Position numbers and translations under genes: made by a program
Notes under the pieces: model-generated
The model's input: the letters and a program-made list of their open reading frames with translations, nothing else
What the model was told of the DNA's origin: nothing
Database searches by the model: none
DNA from: Marsupella aquatica
Lineage: Eukaryota > Plantae > Marchantiophyta
Reading direction: 5' to 3'
DNA: 64,000 nucleotides
NCBI GenBank assembly: GCA_973895155.1
Contig: OZ316891.1
Span: forward strand, 20,410,169-20,474,168
Shown: piece after piece, positions 1 through 9,470 of the stretch
How the letters are laid out: each line of letters starts with the position of its first letter
How positions within the stretch are numbered: the first letter of the stretch is position 1

Positions 1-1734
1 AGACTTCAAAAGCGATAAGAGAATGGATTGATTGGTGTCCAGATCAAGGCTGACTACATGTAGTCTGTGCGCCAAAATCAAGGACTTCTAGATCGCATTT
101 GCAATGCCATCATTTGTGTGCCTCCTGGGGAAACTCTACTGCGGAGATCAACAAGTCCGTCACCCTCGATTATAGTGTGATGGGCCAACAGATCTATCAT
201 CGTCCCATATTGTGCCTAGTGCTCTTGAGGCCAGATCGCCAAGCCAAGCAAATTGGATGCCTGGCCTCGTCGGACAGCAAATCTTGATCTTGCAGTGTGT
301 CCATTTCCAGTAGCGCTTCGTGGAATCTGCTTGTGAAATTATATATGTGAATCCTTCAAAGACAAGAAGCCTCTGGACATGGAAATTAAGCGAATTCCTA
401 GAGAAACTTGGCTTCTTTGGTCCTAGAGAATGCTGGTCTTTTCCAGCGCCTTAAACTATGTGCTCGGAGGATTCAGTCTCGAGCTAAGTAAGGTATTGGG
501 GTTTTAGGATTGAAGCAATCTTGCTAGTCATGCCAACTGTTCCACACTTTCACTTGTTCTGGCGAAAGGATGAACGGAGAGTAAAAGTACAGACTGTACT
601 GGAGATTATGTCACAGAAACACGGCACGTACACGCAGAGAAGGTTCACAATGTGCTTTAAGACAACGAAATATATGCAACCTTATAATGTAGCGGCCTCG
701 GACTACCAGTAGTGCATATCCACGGGTGTCTGAGGGCCCCTGGGCTGCCATGATACTTCCCTGAACCTTCCTCTGGTTATAGTCTCCACTATAAGAAGTT
801 CCCCATGTTACCGAAGGAGGATGAAAATTCACAAGGTTTACTAGTGCTCTGCTTACTTCTGTAGATTGACCAGACCTTTGGTTGGCGAGAACCCCCTGCG
901 ACGTAAGTCTGCAGCCCTTCGAGCAACAAGATGCTGGTCATAACATTGAAAGCGAGTGCACCTGGCGTTGAATCTTTTCATTCATAGAGCAACTAGTCGA
1001 CATACTCCCAGCCCGCTTCCATTGTAGGTGAATTTGCTAACTTATGTTGGAAAGCCCATCACAACGAAGGTTACTGTCCCCTGTCGAATGGATGTCCCTG
1101 ATTTCCTTCTAGGGGAAATGGAGATTTCTCAGCTCCTGGAATCTGATTAAAGCAGAAGAATTGCTGTGCATTTTAGTGGAACTCCATGAGTCTCTTTATC
1201 GGCAATGACCTCCAGGGTCGAAGGAATGAGACGACCTACGAAGGAGATTTCTGGTAATTCCATGAAGGAGCGTTAGTCAAAAGTCCTTTATGTTCTTCGT
1301 TTTTTATGCCACTCAGCACACCACATTCCTGGATCCTACGTATCACATCCAATTGCTTCTCCTGTTCTGCACATTATTGGCATACAACATCGTCCATCCA
1401 CCAAAATGAGAATCTGAACCAAATCAATGACATCCAAAAGCCTTGGACAGACCGGGAAACACCCATCCACGTCAAGTTCGGCCATACTGGTACGCACAAG
1501 TGAAGGAGACTGGGATCTGGGTCCCTTGCCCACGGAAGGCAGGACACCAGAGCTGTGTCGGCCACAGCGCAGCGAAAAGTCAACCACGCTATGCAAACGA
1601 AGCGAACTTTCTAGCCCTTCATTTCAGTACCAAATTAGACCTTTATCATTCCCGTAGCTCTTCCCGGCTACACGCCACCTGATTTTGAGATTACCTATTG
1701 GTCAATTGTCTTCAGACCCGGCACTCACCTCTCT

Positions 1735-2946
1735 TTAGGCGACAACGGTCACACAGCAGAGAGGTTCAAGGTCCTGCGCGTCAGTCCTAGCCGGGAATGA
1801 GTCGATGAACGATCGAACCCGTGCCTTCAACAGCGTTGGGTTGGTCTCGATCATCCATGTCCTTAACCCCCTTCCCACCAACACAAGCTTGCTTCCTACA
1901 GCACTCACTTTGGGATTATTTCTCAAGATGGTCACCCAGTCCAACTCTGCTAGCCCAGGCACAGTTTCCCAAGTAACATGCCTGGAAGGATGGAGGGTGT
2001 ACCTGAATCTACCATTAGCCCAGTCCAGCATAACTGCATGCATGTTCACAACGCCCCCCAAGCTGTATCTCATAAGGGCCTTGGACTTGTCCCTGTGTGT
2101 CGAACGCATCCATATCCCTTTCCGGGGCACGTAGTACGTCAACACTTGTTTCTCATCAATGGTTTTGTAAGAAATAAAATGCTCGTCACCATTGAAATGG
2201 AACCGAGTCCACGGAAGTCGCCAGCCTACTCGGTACCAACTTGGGCAGAGAACTCTTGGGTAGTCAACATTCCCCACGAGGGTCCACTCTTCCGTGTCAG
2301 CGTCGTAGCACTCGCCAGTGTCTATAAAGTTGTTGAGGAAGTCAAACCCCCCCATCACATAGATCTTGCAGTCGAAAATAGAGAACATCAATGCAGAGTG
2401 CCTGGTGCTGATCATGCTCTTGCCTTTCCTCCATCGGTGTGCGAAGGGGGAGTAAATGAACACCTCTCTGAGTGTAGGGCCAGAAACACCTGCCTTGCCC
2501 CCAACAACATATAGCTCACCTCTCAATGACGCAGACGCCCTCCCAAAGATCTCCGGATCCAAACCCCTTTTTTTGGGTATGGGAGGTAAAGCCGTCCATA
2601 CGCTTTGATTGAAGTCGAATGCACACCAGGATACAAGTTTGGTTTCAGGGTGCCAGGCTTCTGTGTAACACCATTCCTCGGTGAGCTTAAGGTCGACTCT
2701 CGAGTGGTAAAAGGACGGATCTTCCATAGTTTTTCTCCAAGCCTTGGACACTGACCGAAGGTTGAACCAGCTAGAACGAGGCAAACCGACCAAAATCAGC
2801 CGCACCACGTCGTCTGGGAGTCCAGGAATCAAGGTATCCACCCAAGGCAGGGCGCCACGGGCCTTACGTTTACGTTTCCTATCTTGCTCAAGACTCATCG
2901 GGAGATTCAATAAGACTTTTGCAACTATACTGTCGCTTGATGACAT
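1735..2946 (-). CDS. F-box/Kelch-repeat protein (403 aa, intronless CDS)
   Basis: N-terminal F-box LIPGLPDDVVRLILVGLPRSSWFNLRSVSKAWR preceded by a basic NLS-like stretch RKRKRKAR. Kelch repeats with GG and YxP..W motifs (GELYVVGG...IYSPFAHRW; KIYVMGG...ECYDADTEEW). Confidence 0.93.
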   Translation of the reverse strand: MSSSDSIVAKVLLNLPMSLEQDRKRKRKARGALPWVDTLIPGLPDDVVRLILVGLPRSSWFNLRSVSKAWRKTMEDPSFYHSRVDLKLTEEWCYTEAWHPETKLVSWCAFDFNQSVWTALPPIPKKRGLDPEIFGRASASLRGELYVVGGKAGVSGPTLREVFIYSPFAHRWRKGKSMISTRHSALMFSIFDCKIYVMGGFDFLNNFIDTGECYDADTEEWTLVGNVDYPRVLCPSWYRVGWRLPWTRFHFNGDEHFISYKTIDEKQVLTYYVPRKGIWMRSTHRDKSKALMRYSLGGVVNMHAVMLDWANGRFRYTLHPSRHVTWETVPGLAELDWVTILRNNPKVSAVGSKLVLVGRGLRTWMIETNPTLLKARVRSFIDSFPARTDAQDLEPLCCVTVVA

Positions 2947-3760
2947 TGTAAAGGCCCAACGACGAGGAGACAGGGAATCTCAATTCTTCAATGGGAGACC
3001 TCTCCAAAGACCATTGACACAGGTGTTCCCAGAAGAAGCAGCACAAACAATGTATCTGAAAGGTAAGCCTCGAGGATAATTTCTGCCAATCTAAATTAGA
3101 CCACCAGCGTTCAACACATAGTTTAGAGCCCTCTTTCAGAAAGAAGTCCAAAGACTATTGGAAGTTCCACCAGCGGCACTTCTGGAATGCAAGCAACAAT
3201 CCTAACCTTTGTTCCAAGCAAGAACTGTGCGGCTGACGGCTGACAGCTTGCAACACGGATGAGCCAGAACTTATTTTACTCTTCGGTCGTAAACGCATGC
3301 TGTAGCTAAGTGTTACCACAACCCAGACGAGTGCTAATGATGCGTCTTCGATCAAACGCTGCCGGTCCTCTATTGAGATCATATGATGTTTAGTCCTTAG
3401 TCCAGGTCCACGCTTGTCCAGAGTAGGTACTTTTAACTTCCTTCAAGTCTGTGAACTGAAGGAGTGCACGGACGGAAGGCAAAGGATAAAGGTGTAAAAA
3501 ATTGTACACTGTGCTCCACATCATGTAAAGAAGCATTATCTGCACACCTCAGTAGTGCTGCCACACACGAAAGCACGTGATGAGATTTGGGCACATGATC
3601 TAGTAAAGTTGTACACAACTAATCCTGGAATCTGACTGGGACCTGCAAGGTCAGAGTCCGAAAATGAAAGGCGCAGGGAATGCAAGTGGGCTGGACGATC
3701 AGGAAAGATGTCTCACCCGTGTCTGATTCTTCTGCGCAGGTTCTTCAACACTCTTGTGCA

Positions 3761-5107
3761 TTACTGAAACACAAGTCAACAATGGCAATGCCACAGCACA
3801 ATTTTATTTTATTTAAAGATAGCTAGAAAACAGGGTTCCTATCATTTTTAAAGAGAAATACATCACCGTGGTGGTCGTAACTATCAGTGCCTTTGCTATT
3901 CCAGTGAAGAAACTCACAGTTGACTTTCGGGTACTCGAAGGAGACGGTGGAGCAAACCATGCCGCGATCTTGTTCCCCCGGATGCCCTGCGTTTTAGTCA
4001 AAACTGCCCAAATTAAGATCATTGGATTGTTGAATCACTTGGATGGGCGAACTCAAACCCACATTAATGTTTACAAAAGATCCACGGGAGGCTACCCAAC
4101 TACGAGCGACTACCCAACGACGCCTTGTGCCATTGTCAGATTTTATTTTTTTAAATAGTAAGGATGGATTGCTTACTCTGTGAGCTGTATAGCAATCCCA
4201 AAACGCTTTCTGCGGCTCTGAACAGTCTGCAAACATTCCCTTCTTCAGGCAACCCACCAGTGCCTCTGCACAACAAAATATTTTCAAGATCGGAAGAGAC
4301 CTGATTTTCACCGTGCAGATTGAAACGATAGGTCAAGGGATGCATTCCAGAAACAAAGAAGCCTTCTATCGCCGAGTAAAACTATGAAAACAACATCCCA
4401 AGACATTAACAAAAGTTTCGACTAAATCAATTAAGATGAACTCTGAGACTTGTGATCTCCCCAGAAACCTAAGCTGAAAATTTGCCACCAACGTTTCACA
4501 AGGCTAAGTCGTCTCTACAGTGATTCTAGCTCGATCTCAAAGACGTTACTAGGTTTTGCGGTCTACAATCTCCCCGGTGGCCCGATAAGGACCCATGACA
4601 TCCTACACAATCCATAACAGGTACGCAACGACACCAAATCCAGAAAGCACAATAAAAATTGTTCCATTCAGAGGGATAGGGAATCAATCCATCTGCTTAA
4701 CAACTGCTAATGTTTAGAGCTCAGAATTGCAGGGATAGAGACGAGGAAGGCGTCCCGCTTTCTTAATTTCTGAGAAGCCGACGCTCGACCGTGCAAGCTA
4801 TAGTGCTTTCTTCCCCCCAAGTATGGAACAAGTTCGAGCACAACATTGAGCTGCTGGCAAACGACAAGGAGGAGTCATTACCGTGCAGATCAGCGCAAGC
4901 TTCCAATGCCTGCTGCTTCTTGCCTTCGTCGACGGTCTTCGGTCCAACAGGTTGCCCGAGCCATTTCCACGGTGATTCTTCGTCGGGTCTTGGTTGTCCT
5001 GATCTTACATTCCCCGCACCATCGCTACTTGGGGTTCGCTGAGCTTCGTCGCTACTCCAACTCCAAGGCCCTTGCCCTGCCTCTGCTGCTTCCTGCTCTT
5101 CTCTCAT
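3761..5107 (-). CDS. Small twin-CX9C (CHCH-type) protein, 128 aa, probably mitochondrial intermembrane space
   Basis: Exons 5107-4882, 4265-4177, 3986-3918 and 3763-3761 (TAA), all GT-AG and phase-consistent. The spliced product reads ALEA-C-ADLHEALVG-C-LKKGMFAD-C-SEPQKAFWD-C-YTAHRGIRGNKIAAWF, i.e. two exact CX9C motifs, the first formed only across the splice junction. The last exon is less certain (alternative acceptor at 3643 would add VPVRFQD*). Confidence 0.8.
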
Positions 5108-5321
5108 CCTCTACTGCCAGCCATAGTCTTCGTCAATCATGGCCAAGTGCAAATCTAAACTAGAACACCCTTCTTCGTTTCGATTCACTCTTCCTTGCAC
5201 CCACAAGTCCACAACAAACTGGATCGGAGTCCAATTGCTCCCTTCCGCAGTTTCGTCTGAGAGACACAGAGCACAAAGAGAGGAGGAAAAGTTCTTCGAG
5301 AAAGTAGCAGTGGAACTGACA

Positions 5322-5926
5322 CTTCGACCCATTTTATTAATCCTGGATCCACTCGAGGAGAGATCCGATTAGGTGCGGTGATTAGTGTTCTAAATTTAAT
5401 TGGATTTGATTAGGGCGTCTCAACTCTCAAGTCTCCACTCTATGGGAATTTAATTGGAAAATTTAATCAGATTTGACTAACTCTCAACTCTATGGGTTTG
5501 AGTTCGACCCACTTTATTAATCCTGGATCCACTCGAGGAGCGATCCCATTAGGTGCGGCGATTAGTGTTCTAAATTGCATTGGATTTGATTAGGGCGTCT
5601 CAAGTCTCAACTCTATGGGAATTTCATTGGAAAATTTAATTGGATTTCTTTAGGGCGCCTCAACTCTATGAGTTTGAGTCACAAGTTCTCCTGAAAGTAC
5701 AGGTGTACTCGAAAAGGCTTGTCCTACCACTTGTGACCCATGTGAGGTTCATAATTCACAATTTAGGTCTCAACTCTATGGGTTTGAGTCACAGTCACAC
5801 AAGTTCTCCCGGAAGTACAGGTGTACTCAAAAAGGCTTGTCCTACCACTTGTGACCGATGTGACATCCATAATTCACAATTTTGGGCTACAGATCTTTTT
5901 GAGACGCTTCAGATTTGAAACGCCCT
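5322..5926. mobile_element. Harbinger/Tourist-like MITE remnant with internal tandem duplications
   Basis: Left-end motif TAGGGCGTCTCAA at about 5411, 5591 and 5651, and its inverse TTGAAACGCCCTA at 5914-5926. Direct duplications 5322-5467/5502-5640 and about 5651-5764/5765-5882. Confidence 0.6.
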
Positions 5927-6559
5927 ATTAGATTAATGTGCATTGGAGATTGTATATTGTTAAGGACGGGAGCAATTCATTTATGGGATATTATATATAG
6001 TTGATAGTTTATAGTTGACCCGCGGGAGACTAAACCTTCTTTTGATCAAAAGCTTTGCTGTGAGTTGAATTATAGTGACATTTTTTCCTACCAGTGTTCA
6101 GTTATCACATCTCAACCCATTATGCTTCCATTTGCCTTCAATTCGTGGTAGAGAGAGATCCAGATTAGTGTTGGCCATCAGATGTAAAATTAGCCCCTTT
6201 TGGATCATTTGGACCTAAGTTGAGTTAAGTCAGCTTGTTGGTTAAAAATGATGACCAAATAGTAGTCTCTCTATAGTACAATTTGTAATCAAAGTCTACC
6301 ATTCATGATCTATTCCATAAGGTGAAGTCAACATGATTCCGGACCAAATGAGAAATCTTTCCACACATGGGGAATAGTGTTTTCAATCTTGCTAGATTTC
6401 CGCCAATTTGGTAAAAATTATTGTTTTTTCTATAACATCCAATTTCACATATTTTTCATTTCTGAATTTGAAGTTGGCTTGCCGTGAGACTTTCAGGAAT
6501 GCACCAAGAACAGGAGTTGTTTTGTGGATGTCCTTCCCATCCCCCTTCTGCTATAGTGC

Positions 6560-7600
6560 AAAACAAACAAAATCATCACATTCATCAAATACAAAATGAT
6601 AGAAAAACATTTAATGTTTTTTCCAAAAATTGGAACAAATTTAAAAGGCAAAACTAGTATTGCACACCACATTCAAACCCGCAAAATGATTTGCCCAAAA
6701 TCAAAAATACCTGTTCCAAACAAATTATAATTAGAGATATAGTACTCCACAGTCATCCAATATGTACTTCACAGTGTGTCTTATATAGTTTTATCTCCAT
6801 GTTAATTCAAAAACTCACACTGACCATACTGCTAACCACAGTCAAGTAAGAAAATGCTGCTCAACTTACACAAGTAAAGTAACCCTGATAGTTCAAAGAA
6901 ATATCGCCCAAGAAACATCAAACAAATTTAAACTGGGATACCCATGTCGCATCTAGCAAGGAGTTCTCATGCACGTACTACTCACCGTTCATCATACTCA
7001 TGAAGCGCAAAGCCAAAACTCCATCTTGAATCCAAAGTGCTATATAGGTACTGCTGGAAATACTCTAACCCAACAACAACATTTCTAAACTCTCCAAACT
7101 GTTTATTTTGTGATAAGTGAATTGATAACTGTCATGTGGTAGTACCTTAAAAACAAAACACTTGTGGCGCCACCGCCTTCCTGGTTTCTCTGGATATCTA
7201 CTCAGGGTTTCTCCACCTGCTGGGAGCTTGGTTCCCCTTGCAGTTAGTAATGTATCATCCCTCTTGATGTACACTTCTTGTTGGCGTCTGTTGACATATT
7301 CCCCATCGGATAGCTCTCTCTACATGATGCATCCAATCTTGCTTCTGTCAGCTTGGATCCTCTTCTGTATAGTGATCACATATGGCTATTCTCCTTCCAT
7401 TGCAGAGCTCTTCATGATAGTGGTCTGAAGGTGTTCCTTTGGTATTGTTATTGGCGGTACTGCTATGGGTTCATGAAATCCGTTATTCACAAACCAGATA
7501 TACGCTCGACCCTCATGCTGTGGTATTGCGCAGCGATGGGGGCAATGTTCTCTGATCTACAAAAATTGTTTCATTGGGACATATTGATCGATGTCTTGGT
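6560..7600 (-). pseudogene. Degenerate, apparently intron-containing coding relic (possibly a DNA-transposon ORF)
   Basis: One minus-strand frame runs about 7500-7146 with only two stops (AYIWFVNNGFHEP...RWRHKCFVFK) and ends at AAG|GTAC. A short exon-like block YLYSTLDSRWSFGFALHEYDER follows, bounded by CAG and GTGAGT. Family not established. Confidence 0.3.
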
Positions 7601-8075
7601 GGATGTCATGCCATGTCACTATGGTTTTCTGGGCGACGGGCTGGACTTTGAAAGCTTTGGAAGTCTTTTGCCAGTTTCAGTGGTGGTGGCTCCTTGCTGG
7701 TTTTGGGAAATGATTGGTGACTATGGGGATTGGCTGGCTGTGGAGGGTGGAGTTTGGCTTTGACCCTGTCCATTCCGGGCTGGTATTTTGGCCATGTGTG
7801 CTGCTTTTGGTTGCTCACTCTGGGCTCTCGTTTTGCATTTGAGATATGCTTTTCCCGCTCCTGGGGTTCCTCCCTTCCTTTCTTTGCCACCTCCTTCCAT
7901 CGGGTTGGAGGTTGCCCCTCCTCTTCTCTGGGTGTGCTTGTTCTTCTCGAGCCCTTATTTTGCTTTTGTTTCTTCCTATCTCCTCTCAGATGGAGTGTTA
8001 TTTTTTTGCTTGGGTACTCCCCGGAATAAAGTTTCTCGGGCATTGGCCCAACAATAATAATAATAATAATAATAA
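7600..8075 (+). mobile_element. 3' end of a 5'-truncated non-LTR retroelement with (AAT)n tail
   Basis: Pyrimidine/T-rich 3'UTR-like tract, AATAAA near 8025, then an (AAT)n tail at about 8052-8075. Similar T-rich tails recur at about 25980-26110 (-), 33030-33180 (+) and 44150-44270 (+). Confidence 0.5.
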
Positions 8076-9177
8076 ATCTGCTAAATGCTTTTGGATATCA
8101 TTTTCAAGTACTGTCCTGGAAGTGCAAATTTTATGGCTGGCCCTTTGTATGAGGAGAACCATCTTTTCCTTGTAACATAGGCATGGCAAACGGCCAATTG
8201 CAAATAAATTCCTTTTCCAAAAACAAAATTAAAATGTAAATGTTACTAATGTAATTCATCCAGGGGGTTCCGTTTGAGACAGGTCAAACACTCAGATCCT
8301 GTGGGTCAACTCAACATCACTGATAGCAACTCACGCCAATGCATTTTGTGCAGAGAAACTTTTGGTTCAATGCTAGATGTGTGCTGACTGCCCAAGTTGT
8401 TCATAATCACATTTTGGGGAAATTGCAAAGTTATGGTCAGCAACCCAGCCTGAAACATTTTAGTTGGGAGAAATCTTTGGGGAAAGAGTTGGTTTGAGAT
8501 GCCCTAGTTGAAATATTATTTAGTAGTTACATATCCCGCGACAAGTCTTTTTTCATAATTTCCTGGCTCCTTTTTGCATCACATCATCAATTTCTGCCCC
8601 AAGCCCAAACATGCATGTTTGAAGTTTCACAAACATGTCCCTAGTTTTGTTGACAATTAACATGCCCAATAACAAAGAGAGGTGGAAAACATTGAATAAA
8701 TTTAACAGTTAAAGTAACTCTAGCCTTTAGAATTAATTGATCTACACATTTGTCTGATTCATTCATTCATTCATTGACTATAAAACAAATCAGTGGACAA
8801 CACTGCACAATGGTCATAGGAAAAGGCGGATGTTGTTGGATACCTTGTATCAATGGATGAATTGTACTGTTGATGATACTACACAAAGGTTAATATAATT
8901 TTTGTATATCTAACTAAGTAGAAGAGTCAAATAAATATGATTGTGCAGAGAAACAATAAAGGTGATCATGTGCACTTTAAACTCACAAGACCTTAGGTTA
9001 GTCATTTGTCCTTTTGGGTTTTAGTGATATTGTTTCCATGCTTCTAAGGTACATCAACATCCTAAGATGCATCAAAAGGGTTTTAAAGCCATTTATCTTG
9101 CCAGTCAAGTCCATTGTCTCACATAGATTGAGAACCTACTTACTAAAACATATGAAGAAACATGGATATTGCAAACT

Positions 9178-9470
9178 TGGGGGTCTCACTATATGAAGGC
9201 CTCTCCATCAGCTGTGAAGTTTTTAGGCCTTGGACCCCCTAAAATGTAAGAAAATAAACTTATTTTTGAACCCCTGTAAAATTGTGATATTCTTGGAAGA
9301 TTCCAAAAAACTGATTAAAAAACACTAAGGTTCTTATAAGTCTCAAACTTGGATTTAAAAGACCCTACTATTCTTCCCAAAAGTATATTCCCTTAGAACC
9401 AATACGAGAACCAATAAAACAACCCTATGCTTCGTCGCACATGATGTGTCATTTTGTGGAAGTGAAACCA
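9178..9470 (+). repeat. Dispersed ~290-bp repeat (LTR-like), copy A
   Basis: Aligns with the reverse complement of 28770-29060 (shared CCCCTAAAATGTAAGAA, TTGGATTTAAA, ACCAATAAAA, CTTCGTCGCAC.TGATGTG, AAGTGAAACC). A further fragment lies at about 27490-27555. Confidence 0.75.

Noticed and set aside
479-491. TCGAGCTAAGTAA resembling the 5' end of plant 7SL RNA
   Set aside because: Similarity stops after about 13 nt, with no SRP helices or USE/TATA promoter.
5111-5332. 73-aa ORF ending 3 nt before the CX9C ATG
   Set aside because: It starts inside the duplicated MITE-flank sequence and has no motif; probably chance, although a uORF cannot be excluded.
7606-8043. 145-aa basic minus-strand ORF
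   Set aside because: It is the antisense reading of a T/C-rich retroelement tail.
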